A model generated the notes under the pieces. That model was not told the DNA's origin, did not search any database, and was given only the letters and a program-made list of their open reading frames with translations. From an uncultured Gammaproteobacteria bacterium (GTDB lineage: Bacteria > Patescibacteriota > Microgenomatia > 2-02-FULL-39-11), in the NCBI GenBank assembly GCA_964362665.1, contig CAYIFB010000005.1, positions 2,556 to 66,555 of the forward strand: a DNA stretch of 64,000 nt, read 5' to 3'. Within the stretch, counting starts at the first letter, position 1, and each line of letters starts with the position of its first letter. Shown here piece after piece: positions 48,180 to 58,900 of this stretch. The position numbers and the translations under genes are program-made.

Positions 48180-50126
48180 TTTTTGGGAAGGAAGAAGATT
48201 TAGGGCCGACGGAGATGAGTTTTCCAGATCGAGGGTGGGATTTTCAATTACCTTAACTTTTTTCAACTTCAGACTTCCGGTGGCAGTTATGGCTTCAGGA
48301 AATTGGGAGAGTTCATCTTCAATCTTTTTCATGTCACCCGAATCAAGTGGAATGAGGGATGCGGCGGTTTGAAGCTCTTTATAAGCTTCATCATACTTTT
48401 TTTGAGAGCGAAGCGCGACAGCCAGATCAAAGTGGGCATTAGCCAGGTCGGGTTTGAGATAGATTGCCTGGCGAAAGAGCATTTCCGCATCCGCATATTT
48501 TTTCAGATTAAGGTAAAGTACGCCTAAAGCAATCCTGTTTTTGGGAGACAGTGGATCCAGGGTGATTTTCTGCTGCTGGCTTTGGACGGCGAAGTTATCT
48601 GCGCCTGCTGCGTATCCGATGATATTGGAATAGGTTTTAGTCAGGTTGTCCCAGTTGATAACATTTGTGCGGAAAAGATTGACTGAAACACGGGCTTCAT
48701 CAATTGCCTGCTGGACCAGTCGGGGAATATTTTGTTGATCTTCAGCTGTGGGGTTCTTTTTAGATGCCAGAGCATTGGCCAGGGCCAAATTGGTTTGGGA
48801 GAGGGCATTGTGGTAGCGGTCGATATAGGGGTTAAGTTTTATGGCTTGCCTTTGGTAATTATAGGCAAGTGTTCCCTGATTATTGATCAGAGAATCCAAT
48901 GATTTTTTAAAATTCATTTCGGCGAAGTATGCTTTTCCTCCAAAAAAAATAACTAGAGAAAATATTATCAGAGAGGGTAAAATTAAGAGATATTTTAAAA
49001 ATCCCAGACTGGAAAAGTCTATTTCAAATGACGGTTTTTTACTCCCGGAAACAGCTAAAAGTATGATGGCCGTCGTCAAAAGTACCATACTGGTGGGAAG
49101 GATTATCTGCAGAAAAAGTATGGCGACTGCCATAATTTTGAAGGAATAAAAATTAGCGTTTTCATGATTTTTTATCAGAGCCTCTCCAAACAATTGTTTC
49201 ACTGCTTTAATAATAATTAAGACATACATTAAACCTGCAAATAATCCGTATTCAGTCAAAAGATTCAGAAGAAATGATGAGGAAGAGGTAAAAACTATAT
49301 TCCAGACAGGACTGCTGTTTATCGTCATGGGCTTGGAAAGTGTGAAAGCGGTAATAAAATTTGCAGGGCCAATTCCCAAGGCAAGCGTCCTGATGTTTTT
49401 TAAGGTTTCGAGCATTATAGACCAGCCGAAATTAAGGGGCAGAAGAATAGGCGACTGGTTGGTAGCAAGATGTATGGAAGTGATAATTGTAGCCGTTGTG
49501 ATGAGAAGTGCCGCGCTACCATAAAAAAGATAAAGATAACCCCAGGACCCTGATTGCATTATTTGGTTTTTTTCTTCACCATCTGAAATGAAATATTTTA
49601 AAAGGCAATAGATGGGATGAATCCCTAAAACGGCGAGAAATGTAACAGTTGAGAGGAGGCTTCCGGCCGGCGTTTGGATACTTTTGGGTAAAATTCCCAA
49701 ATAAAGAAAAATAAGATATAAAGATAATAAGACAGCATCAACCAAAAGAATCTGCATAAGGGTCGATTTATCATTTTCATCGACGGCATACGTCAAAAAA
49801 AGATAAAACAAAAAACCTTCAACAATAGTTGTAGTTGCAAGCGGGGTAGTGAGCGAGATAGCAAGATTTGGGGATTGGAAGAGGGTTGAGGCGATGACAA
49901 AGCCGGTGAGAAGCGAAAAGGGATATAAATAAATGTCTTTGATGACCATTAATTTCTGCTCTGTGATTATTCTGACCGACATCAGGATAAAGCCGACTGA
50001 GATAAATAAAGCCAGAAGAGCCATTTTGTTGTACTCATAATATTCAGGCACGATCTGAAGAAAAAATAAGGGGAAGAGAAAAACAAAGAGGAAAGTGGAA
50101 TATTTAATTATTTTTTTGATTGACAT
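48150..50126 (-). CDS. Polytopic membrane protein (O-antigen-ligase-like N-region) with C-terminal TPR repeats
   Basis: Many TM helices with LGIGPANF and E.GL.AG motifs; TPRs AIKLNP, AIYLKPDLANAHFDLA; ATG 50126 is the likely start. Confidence 0.7.
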   Translation of the reverse strand: MSIKKIIKYSTFLFVFLFPLFFLQIVPEYYEYNKMALLALFISVGFILMSVRIITEQKLMVIKDIYLYPFSLLTGFVIASTLFQSPNLAISLTTPLATTTIVEGFLFYLFLTYAVDENDKSTLMQILLVDAVLLSLYLIFLYLGILPKSIQTPAGSLLSTVTFLAVLGIHPIYCLLKYFISDGEEKNQIMQSGSWGYLYLFYGSAALLITTATIITSIHLATNQSPILLPLNFGWSIMLETLKNIRTLALGIGPANFITAFTLSKPMTINSSPVWNIVFTSSSSFLLNLLTEYGLFAGLMYVLIIIKAVKQLFGEALIKNHENANFYSFKIMAVAILFLQIILPTSMVLLTTAIILLAVSGSKKPSFEIDFSSLGFLKYLLILPSLIIFSLVIFFGGKAYFAEMNFKKSLDSLINNQGTLAYNYQRQAIKLNPYIDRYHNALSQTNLALANALASKKNPTAEDQQNIPRLVQQAIDEARVSVNLFRTNVINWDNLTKTYSNIIGYAAGADNFAVQSQQQKITLDPLSPKNRIALGVLYLNLKKYADAEMLFRQAIYLKPDLANAHFDLAVALRSQKKYDEAYKELQTAASLIPLDSGDMKKIEDELSQFPEAITATGSLKLKKVKVIENPTLDLENSSPSALNLLPSQKLIPTVVPQQ

Positions 50127-50146
50127 ATATTTCGCAATGTCTATCA

Positions 50147-50236
50147 CGGGTCCTGCCGCAAGTTTCCCTCCCGCCAGTACTCGACTCGGATTCTCGTTTG
50201 CGTGCTGTCGGGATCCCTTCCTCTTGCGTCACCCGC
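50147..50236. mobile_element. Family B copy 5 (intergenic, probable 5' leader of the TPR gene)
   Basis: Near-identical to 40715-40804; a TTGAGA-N17-AATAAT promoter-like pair lies just upstream on the minus strand (50274-50246). Confidence 0.88.
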
Positions 50237-50284
50237 TTATCCTTAATTATTATCTAAAACGACGGGATTCTCAAGGAGGGGATT

Positions 50285-50349
50285 TCAGGTATCAGGTGTC
50301 AGGTATCAGGTGTCAGAACTAAAACCTATAACCTAAAACCTGCAACCTT
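50285..50349. repeat. Inverted arrays of heptamer repeats
   Basis: TCAGGTR x4, then AAAACCT/ATAACCT/GCAACCT-type units. Confidence 0.75.
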
Positions 50350-50352
50350 ACA

Positions 50353-51438
50353 TTACTGTTCGAAACAGTAAAGACGAAGCGATGAGTTGCAGGCGCTTGA
50401 GGTAAAATTTGTCCAATCGTTGGTATCAAAGTTGGCATTTTTCCCGACCCTTGATGTCCTGTTGGAAGCATTTGAAGTAAAACTCGTACAGGTAGTAGTG
50501 CCTCCTGTGTTGAGAATATTTCCGGCAATATTGGTGTTTGTCCAGACATTGGAATTTATTGTTGTATTAATCTGGCTTAAATTTATTGGAGCACCTAGAA
50601 CTCCATCTGTCAGGTCAGTCCAGTCGTCAGCGATTTTGGTAGTTTGATTAATTAAAAGATAAGGATCTAAAGAATGGGTCAGTCTGGAAGCAGCGCTCAC
50701 CGTAGTACTTGAAAGCCAGGCTTTCCATGTGCCTCCCAGCGAGGCATTGTCGGCAAGTGTTTGGCACTTGGTATCCGCACCGGATAAACCGCCCAGATTT
50801 CCGTTATAAGTTGTGGAGGAGATAAAGACTCTTTTGGCATGAAGACTACAGGCGCCGTTTCCGTTACAAGCATTGTAACCGCCTCCGCATTCTGAAAAAA
50901 TATCCAGTCCGTCTGCGATATTGACGATATTCCCGTTTGCGCATTGATTACAGGCACCGGAAGGGTTGGTGTTGTCCGGACAATACAGACCGTCATTAAT
51001 ATCCGGAGTAGTAAGAGAGAGCATGACGTTTCTGCGACGGGCATTATCCGGAGGAGAACTGGAAATGATCTGTGTCGTGTTTGATGGTAGTCCGTCTGAA
51101 TCTGAATCTATCATCCAGAGGGGAGTTCCAATATATAATGATCCACCGGTAAAGATAACAATTGATCCACCTGTCTGAATAGATAATTTTCCCATAGCAA
51201 ATTTTTGTGTGACTCCGACTGTCAAGGTGCCTGTTTTACTTACGGCGAGGACAGCGGTATTGGTTGTGTTAGTACCGGCATCCACACCATTGACATTTCC
51301 ACTAAAGGTGCAACTGGTGGAAATAGTCAAATCTCCGGATGGGGCAACATTACTACAATCAGCGGCGAAGACCGATTTAGAACGCGAAGAATAAAGAATA
51401 AAGAATAGTAAAACTATTGAAAGTAATTTCTTTTTCAA
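50353..51438 (-). CDS. Secreted protein with C-terminal DUF1554-like domain
   Basis: Signal peptide (VFA/ADC), DSDSDG, Cys-rich linker, RVFISS...GGLSGADTKCQ...WKAWLS...LYCFEQ. Confidence 0.8.
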   Translation of the reverse strand: MKKKLLSIVLLFFILYSSRSKSVFAADCSNVAPSGDLTISTSCTFSGNVNGVDAGTNTTNTAVLAVSKTGTLTVGVTQKFAMGKLSIQTGGSIVIFTGGSLYIGTPLWMIDSDSDGLPSNTTQIISSSPPDNARRRNVMLSLTTPDINDGLYCPDNTNPSGACNQCANGNIVNIADGLDIFSECGGGYNACNGNGACSLHAKRVFISSTTYNGNLGGLSGADTKCQTLADNASLGGTWKAWLSSTTVSAASRLTHSLDPYLLINQTTKIADDWTDLTDGVLGAPINLSQINTTINSNVWTNTNIAGNILNTGGTTTCTSFTSNASNRTSRVGKNANFDTNDWTNFTSSACNSSLRLYCFEQ

Positions 51439-51443
51439 AGAGG

Positions 51444-52004
51444 TTATCGTAAATTAATTTCTAATTGCGACGTCTGGGTTCCGCTGGCGGCTTCAAAATT
51501 AATTTTATATTTACTGTCCGTCGTATCCGATACCTGCCAAGTGCCTTCCCAAGTGCCGAAAATGTCCGATCCCTGAGTTCTCGACAGGGGAACGGTAGCC
51601 GACTTATTATCAGTAGTTACAACAGCATTAATACTGTTAATGCTTGTATCAAAATAAGCCGTGACGCTTATTTTTTGGGTATCGCCGACAAAGGGTCCGT
51701 AGGGGTCGAGATACCCTCTGGTAAATTTAGGTCCCGGGCGGTTGCCTCCGCCGACGGTGAAGCTTTTCATACTGTGCGGTAAAGGAATAGGAGATGGTGA
51801 CGGAAATAAAATCGGAGTCGAGGTGACGATTGATCGTGAGCTGCGTCGCGGAGAATCCAATCTGACACGGTTAAAATCTTGAATCTGAGGAATTGAGGGA
51901 AACAAAAAACTGAAAGTTTCAGGAATACGGTAAATTATAACTAAAATAATGATTACCGCAATTAATCCAATAACCGTAAATTTCTTTTTTCTCGACGAAA
52001 GCAT
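51444..52004 (-). CDS. Membrane-anchored 186-aa beta-rich protein, paralog of 60310..60870
   Basis: N-terminal TM, PS/PT linker, TDNKS and GTWEGTW motifs. Confidence 0.75.
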   Translation of the reverse strand: MLSSRKKKFTVIGLIAVIIILVIIYRIPETFSFLFPSIPQIQDFNRVRLDSPRRSSRSIVTSTPILFPSPSPIPLPHSMKSFTVGGGNRPGPKFTRGYLDPYGPFVGDTQKISVTAYFDTSINSINAVVTTDNKSATVPLSRTQGSDIFGTWEGTWQVSDTTDSKYKINFEAASGTQTSQLEINLR

Positions 52005-52054
52005 AATTTACTTATATTGAATCACATTTCTGATAAATTCTCAAGAAAAAAAGA

Positions 52055-55000
52055 TTATTGCAGTACGTCCTGAATTTCCAGAGAGGTTAAATCATTGGTG
52101 TTGGCGCCTGGAACAGGAGAACTGCTGTAAGGAATATAGTTCAAGCTGGAAGAGTCTATTCTGTAATTTGACGAAGTGTTGTTATTGTAGAATTGAACTT
52201 GAATTTTATTGTAATCTTTAAGAGCCGTCACAACTGTATTTTTATTAACCCAGCCGTGGGCTATTTTGGTAAAGTTTTTTGAAGATGTTGTCTTTGTACC
52301 GTCATTATTAAAAAGCGTAATCATCATACCTGTTTTGCCAGCTAAGATGTTTGAGTCAAGATAATTCATGACATTAAAAGTAAGCGTATTACCTGCATGG
52401 CCGGCAAAGACAATAATTTGGGTAATTTTTTCGGAATTGAGTATTGAACTTGACGGAGAAAATTTGAAAGCATACTTACCGTCATAAACTTTTGAGGAAT
52501 CCAGTTTATCTCTGGCATCCAGTTTTTTGGCGGTCCAGAGGTCAGGCAGTAAATTAAAGTCAAGATCGATATCGAATGAAGAATTCAAAATCACCGGAGG
52601 ACTGACAGTTGGAGTCGGTGTTGGAGTCGGGGTAACCGTCGGAGTGGGAGACGGGGTATAAGTTGGAGTAAGAGTTACCGTTGGCGTCGGTGTGTTTGTC
52701 GGGGTTACCGTCAAGGTGACGGTAGGAGTTGGTGTAAAGGTTGGTGTTGGTGTTCGTGTAGGAGTTACAGTGGGCGTACTGGTTGGAGTAGTCGTGGGAG
52801 TAGGCGTATTTGTAGGAGTTGCTGTTGGAGTTATGGTAGGAGTTGGTGTCCTGGTCGGGGTTACCGAAGGAGTTGGCGTACTTGTCGGCGTGGAGGTAGG
52901 AGTTGGTGTAGAGGTTGGAGTTGGTGTCCTGGTCGGGGTTACCGAAGGAGTTGGCGTACTTGTCGGAGTCAATGTTACCGTCGGAGTGATTGTCGGTGTT
53001 ATTGTTGGAGTCGGTGTTCTGGTTGGGGTAACCGTAGGAGAAGGCGTACTAGTTGGCGTTAGAGTCGCCGTCGGAGTAATAGTTGGTGTTAAGGAAGGCG
53101 TTGGTGTTCTGGTTGGCCTAGACGTTGGAGAAGGAGTAGAAGTAATGGTAGGAGAAGGAATAGTCGGGTAAAAATAAAGCCCGCCGTCGGTATAATTTAC
53201 AAAGTTACCAGAAGTGACGATATTTCCCTGTGATATATCCGCAAAAACCTGGTCAAAAGAATTGGCGGAAATCTGGGTTTCTTTATTTATCCCTAGTTCA
53301 AAACTGTAAACATCGTCATTGCCGTTTCTGTAGTCTATCCAAATCATCTGATTGCCCGAAATTCTGGGATTTATCTGGCTGCAGGGGTTGGAGGTGATTT
53401 GAGTTGTGGCTGACGAGTTCAGATCGTACATATAAATATCGGAGTTTGTACCGCCCCAGACACAGGAAGTATTGCCGATATTCCTTTCGTCAGTCCAGAT
53501 TATTTTAGTCCCATCAATCGCCGGAGTGTACTGGTTGGCTGACTCGCTGGTGATTTGCGTTTCGATTCCTGAAGTTAAATTTTTCATATAAATATCAGGG
53601 TTACCGTTGCGGTTATCCTGCCAGACAATATTGTCACCTGAGACTTGAGGATTGGTCTGGTCATGGGATTCAGTTGAAACCTGTTGAATTGGACAATTGC
53701 CGCTTACTGGATCAAAAATACACGTATAGATGTCATTATTACCGCTTGAATTATCCTGCCAGACTATTCGAGTGCCTGAAACTGACGGAAAAAGATTAGA
53801 GTCGGAAGACACCGGAATTTTTTTCTCCGGACACGCTCCTCCAACAGGATCATACAGACAAGCGTAGACATCCCATTTACTGTTCCTGAAATCCTGATAG
53901 GTGATATAGTTTCCGGAAATCCGCGGATAAAGATTGACGGTAGAGCTGTATGCTAACCATCTATTACTACAGATGTTGCCATTACTTATTGTACAAACCT
54001 CCAGTTGTCCACTGGGACTAGGATCATAAGGATCATCGTAAACCCAGACAAAATTAATACCGGAAACTCCAAAATAATACTCGGGTCCCAAGACATCAAA
54101 TATCTGATATGACTGATAGCTTTCAATAGTTACCTGTACCACATCAGTAAAGATATGGTTGGTGTTGTCCGTCGCTTCCAGCTTTAGCAGGTAATCTCCC
54201 GGGGGTAGGGCGTGATAATCCCAGGTAGTTAATTTAGTAAACGTTGATACAGGGGTAAAGACCGGAGAATTTATGGGAGTCCAGACGGAGGGGTTAGTGA
54301 AAGGAGCATAAAAAAGCTGGTACTGTTTAAAATCTGTTCCAAATGCCCAGCCTAAAATATCCGTCTGAAGGTTTTGCAGGCTTAAGCCGAGCCGAAATCC
54401 CGGAAAAAAGAGTGCTGCATCCAAAGCGGAATTCATACTGACTGCCTTAAATGCATTAACTCTTCCCGCTCCGGTCTTCTGGTCAAAACCGGCAATATCT
54501 ACATCATCTGCAGAGGATTTGAGTATCTGCCTGACATTTTCCCCGGAAAGTGCGGGATTATGGGCTTTAACGAGCGCTGCAACACCTGATACATACGCGG
54601 CTGACATTGAGGTACTTCCTAAACGCAAATAATTTGTTCCAACAATCAGATTAGGATCACAGACGCCAATGTAGCAGGTGGATGTTTTTAGGGATAGAAT
54701 GTTATTTTGGGGTAAATAGTTTGGCGGTGGATTTGTTGTGCCGGAGCCTGGCGCACTAAGGTCAAGCTGGACGCCGTAATTGGAAAAAGAGGACAGTTGG
54801 TCATTTTGATCCAGAGACGCAACCACAACCGGTTTTTGCTGACCCCACGAGGCACGCACCTGGTTTTGCGGGGCATAATACCTGACATCATCACTGAAGT
54901 TGCCGGCGGCAAAAACTACCACAGACCCGGCGTTGATGGCATTGGAAATTGCCGTCTGCAGCAAGTTATAGTAATAACAGCGTGAGTTGCAGCTCCAGCT

Positions 55001-55966
55001 GTTATTGATTACTTTAGCGCCTTTAGTGACTGCTCGATTAATGGCGTCTGCCGCCATAGCTAAGGTGCCCGAACCATCATAATCAAATGCTTTAAAAGCT
55101 ATAATTTTCGATTCAGGAGCCACCCCGATAACACCGAGATTATTATTTCCCATGGCCGCAATAATTCCGGCGACGTGCGTACCATGACCATTATCGTCTT
55201 TGACATCACTCGTACCAATAAATAAATTATATCCACCCGGGGCAACTTGAGGACATGTATTGGCATCGACTTGGCTTAGAGTACATCCTCCAAATTCGGG
55301 ATGAGTATAATCGATTCCTGTGTCAATTGTGGCCACCAGTACGCTGTTACCACTTCCATCTTTGCCTTTCGTGATATCCCAGGCCGGTTCCAGATTCATT
55401 TTACTTGTCTTTAGAGCCCAGAGATCGTCGTATCCCTGTCCCCAGCTGTTAGACGAGGAAAAGTAAGGGTCATTGGGGGTAAAAGAAGTTTTTAAAATAT
55501 AGTTTGGCTGGGCATATTCGACGACTCCTGATTTCAGTAAGCTATTGATGATTTCCGGAACAGGCACGTCTGATGAGGAAAAAACAATTTTATAGATTTT
55601 ACTTAAATCAGTACCGGTTGGGGATTTAGTTTTAAAAACATTACCAAATGATTTTATGGGATACCTCTTATGGAGGTTAGAGATGGACGCGGGAATTGAA
55701 TTTGCATCCAAATCTGTCAGGGTGACATTGTCTTTTAGTAAATCTTTGCCAACACTGTCGCTTTTGACCGACAAGCCTTTCTGGTCGTCTTTCAGTTTGA
55801 GGATAACTTCACCGTGGACAAATTCTTCGCTTTTAACTTCTTTATTTTTTTTATTAGTCTGACTGTTTCCTTGGATAATCTGCGGATGGAGGAAAAAAAT
55901 AAAGACGGTTAAGAAAGAGATTATCAGGACGAGGTAACTTCGTAATTTAGTCTTTAACACATTCAA
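52055..55966 (-). CDS. Secreted S8 subtilisin-like protease with beta-propeller repeats, Pro/Thr linker and CBM-like C-terminus
   Basis: [24 protein letters not shown]; repeated P.ISG..IVWQD.RNG..DIY; about 185-aa PT tract. Confidence 0.9.
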   Translation of the reverse strand: MNVLKTKLRSYLVLIISFLTVFIFFLHPQIIQGNSQTNKKNKEVKSEEFVHGEVILKLKDDQKGLSVKSDSVGKDLLKDNVTLTDLDANSIPASISNLHKRYPIKSFGNVFKTKSPTGTDLSKIYKIVFSSSDVPVPEIINSLLKSGVVEYAQPNYILKTSFTPNDPYFSSSNSWGQGYDDLWALKTSKMNLEPAWDITKGKDGSGNSVLVATIDTGIDYTHPEFGGCTLSQVDANTCPQVAPGGYNLFIGTSDVKDDNGHGTHVAGIIAAMGNNNLGVIGVAPESKIIAFKAFDYDGSGTLAMAADAINRAVTKGAKVINNSWSCNSRCYYYNLLQTAISNAINAGSVVVFAAGNFSDDVRYYAPQNQVRASWGQQKPVVVASLDQNDQLSSFSNYGVQLDLSAPGSGTTNPPPNYLPQNNILSLKTSTCYIGVCDPNLIVGTNYLRLGSTSMSAAYVSGVAALVKAHNPALSGENVRQILKSSADDVDIAGFDQKTGAGRVNAFKAVSMNSALDAALFFPGFRLGLSLQNLQTDILGWAFGTDFKQYQLFYAPFTNPSVWTPINSPVFTPVSTFTKLTTWDYHALPPGDYLLKLEATDNTNHIFTDVVQVTIESYQSYQIFDVLGPEYYFGVSGINFVWVYDDPYDPSPSGQLEVCTISNGNICSNRWLAYSSTVNLYPRISGNYITYQDFRNSKWDVYACLYDPVGGACPEKKIPVSSDSNLFPSVSGTRIVWQDNSSGNNDIYTCIFDPVSGNCPIQQVSTESHDQTNPQVSGDNIVWQDNRNGNPDIYMKNLTSGIETQITSESANQYTPAIDGTKIIWTDERNIGNTSCVWGGTNSDIYMYDLNSSATTQITSNPCSQINPRISGNQMIWIDYRNGNDDVYSFELGINKETQISANSFDQVFADISQGNIVTSGNFVNYTDGGLYFYPTIPSPTITSTPSPTSRPTRTPTPSLTPTITPTATLTPTSTPSPTVTPTRTPTPTITPTITPTVTLTPTSTPTPSVTPTRTPTPTSTPTPTSTPTSTPTPSVTPTRTPTPTITPTATPTNTPTPTTTPTSTPTVTPTRTPTPTFTPTPTVTLTVTPTNTPTPTVTLTPTYTPSPTPTVTPTPTPTPTVSPPVILNSSFDIDLDFNLLPDLWTAKKLDARDKLDSSKVYDGKYAFKFSPSSSILNSEKITQIIVFAGHAGNTLTFNVMNYLDSNILAGKTGMMITLFNNDGTKTTSSKNFTKIAHGWVNKNTVVTALKDYNKIQVQFYNNNTSSNYRIDSSSLNYIPYSSSPVPGANTNDLTSLEIQDVLQ
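52606..53165 (-). repeat. Pro/Thr low-complexity coding repeat
   Basis: ([12 protein letters not shown])n; internal 50-bp direct repeat at about 52839-52888 and 52917-52966. Confidence 0.85.
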
Positions 55967-55998
55967 AAGGCGATTAACGAAAAGGATTATAAACTACT

Positions 55999-58900
55999 TT
56001 ATTGCTGGATACAATAGAGTGCGAGAGTTGCGTTATTACAATAGGCAGATTGAGCTGGAAGTTGAGTCCAAGTCGATGTAGCGCTATCGTTTGTTCCGAT
56101 TTTGCCAGTATTAGAAGATGTCCCGTCTGTCCAATTTTGACAGGTTCCGGCAAGGGTATTATCATTAATTGTTCCGGTTGAGGTTGTATTTGTCCAAATA
56201 TTTTTTTGAGTAGTGATCCCTGCTGCGCTTTTACTGATGGGATTGACCAAACTACCGCTAGAGAATCCCGCAAAACTATTGGCGACTACGGTTCCATCCA
56301 CCAAAGTGTACTTGTAAGGTCCGGGAGTCAATCGGGCAGGAGCAGGAGTTGTAGTATTAGACAACCATGCTCTATAAGTGCCATATAATCCGGCAGCATT
56401 TGCTTGATTTTGGCAGAAAGTATCAGCTCCGCCTACCCCAGCAAAATTTCCATCATGGTTAGTAGTCGTATAAAATACTTTTCTAGGTGTACAGTCTCTA
56501 TTGGCAGTGGCTAAAGCCGGATCGCAGTCCCGTGTAAACCAGCCGTTAGTAGCTAGTTGAGAAGGTTTTTTATAACCGGGCGGAACCGTAATCATGATAG
56601 TTGGCGTCAGGCTATCAGGGTAGTTGTCTCCGTCAGCATCAGGGTAGACAGGATAGCCTTGCTGGATTTTAGAATTAGTAGCGTGAACAATCGATCCATT
56701 GATAATAATTTTTTGGCCAGGTTCCCAGACAAAAGTATAATTGGAAGGCATCGTAAAAGTGGTACCGCTGCCGATAGTAAGATTTCCGCCCGAAACAAAA
56801 TCAATTCCAGTGGCCGGAGTACAACTCCAGGTAAAATTGACATTTCCAGTGCCGGTATTACAGATTCCGGCAGTTCCGGTTGGCATTGGGGTGGTAATAA
56901 TAGAAGGAGCGGGATTCACAGGAAGAGATGTTCCTGTAGAATTTTGGGCTCTGACACGATAATAGTATGTGGTTCCCGGTAGAAGATAATCTACTGCTAC
57001 GGCCATAGTGGGTGCGGGTATAAACATTCCCGGCGGGGTGTTATCAGCTGTTTCTCCAAATGAGGGAATATATTGGTTAAAGGTTGAATCACGGGCAACT
57101 TCCACATAATATCCTGTCGGTCCAGGATTTGAAGACCAGTTTATCTGAAAGTATTTATAGGTGACGTTTGAAGCTGCGTTGAGGGTCGGAGTAGAACTGT
57201 AGGTTGTAACAGTGCCGGGAGATGTATAACTACTAACAGAACCCGCAGAGTTGACAGATGCCACTTTATAGTAATAAGTAGTTCCAGCAGAAACTCCCGT
57301 ATTCACGGAAGCAAAAGCGGTACCAACAGAGCCAGGATTATAGCTTGAGAGGGGTGAGGAAAAATCAGAGTTGTCGTCGACCATGACATTATAGGTTGAG
57401 GCGCCTGTCATAGAATCATATGAAAAGAAAAAACCGCTATCAGCGATGTTGAAAGACTGCAACGAAACATTGGTCGGAGTAGTCGGAGCAGTAAGGACTG
57501 TAACTTTATTGGATAGTGCACTATCACCGCTGGCAAATGTAGCTTTCAGGCAATAATAATATGTAGTATTGGCGCTTAAACCATTGGTGATGGAATATTG
57601 GGTAACATTACCGATATTATAAAGATTGCAGGTTCCTCCACCACAATTAGATGAAGTAATTGGAGATGTACTGCAATCAGAATTGGTCGTGACGCTTAAT
57701 TTATAGCTGGTAGCCCCGGTCACAGCCGCCCAACTACCGGTGAAACTGTTTTCATTGATAGTATTTGGTTTGATGGAAACTGCCGTAAGTGCCCAACCCT
57801 GAGCACCGCTTGAGGGAATAGTCCAAGACATCGTAACAGAATTAGCGCCTGATTGTGTGCTTCCCCTGCCATTCCATGCATTGTCAGAAGAAGTACTCCA
57901 CTGGAGTGTTTGACTAGCGCCTTTAGTCGCATCTGTCGTAGTATTCCAAAAAGTTAAAGCATCGACTACGATTTCTCCCGGGGCGCTTGTAACATTTACC
58001 GAAGCAGAGGTCACCCCAGATCCTCCAAAATTAGAAGCAAAAATTCCTAGAGGAGTTATTTGATTTGCCCCAGTAAAACTTATTGCGCCGGTTTGCATCC
58101 AGTCATTGCCTCCGGGGGTAACCACTATAGTATTTGTTCCGGTAGGAGGATTTACTAAATACCATAATTCCGAGCGAGAAAAATCACCGGATCCAGCCTG
58201 CACCGCCCCGCTTTTGGTTAGTGCAACTCCATTGTATGTCACACTGGTGACAGAGTTATATGATCTTTTACTCACTCCAACTACCAATAAGCGGTTTACT
58301 CCTGATACTGTATGAGACCAACTGAGACTTGCTACATTTGCTCCGGCTGAAGATGAAGTGGTGTCGATTGCCAAAGTTGAGGTTGCAGAATTGGCAACGG
58401 GAGTTGCAAGAGTGGTGACTGTAATTGTGCTAGAGTTTACACCAGTTCCACCACCCACAGAATCGGTTGCCCTTACTCTGTAATAATAGGTAGTGTTGGC
58501 TGATAAACCTGTGACAGAGTAGGTAGTGACATTACCTACAGCCTTAGCGTTACATGACCCTCCTCCACAGCCTGTTGCTACAAACGAGGTAAAGCCGCTG
58601 TCTGTAGCCACATCCAGCGTATACCCATCTGCACCGCTTCCTGACTGGGTATTCCAGTTGGCAGAGAAGCTTGTATCAATTACATTTGTTGCGGCGGTCG
58701 CTGCAACTTGAGCCGGTTGATAAGTGATAGTAAGGAATGGTTTATATGCGGCATTAGTATTATCCGCCGTGGCAAGGTTGATATCTTCACGTCCGGCTGG
58801 AGCAGTGTTATTAGTATCTTTATTGCTACTGAGGCAATAATAAGTAGATCCGCCATAACTGGTATCTTTAGTAATCCATGACGTACTTAAATTAGCGCTT

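Noticed and set aside
50095-50322. 75-aa plus-strand ORF
   Set aside because: Made up of element B5 and heptamer repeats, and partly antisense to a real gene.
52692-53171. Val/Gly-rich 159-aa plus-strand ORF
   Set aside because: Antisense shadow of the Pro/Thr linker.
50353-56500. Diversity-generating retroelement targeting the two DUF1554-like C-termini
   Set aside because: No reverse transcriptase and no template repeat differing only at adenines; the two domains are broadly divergent paralogs.
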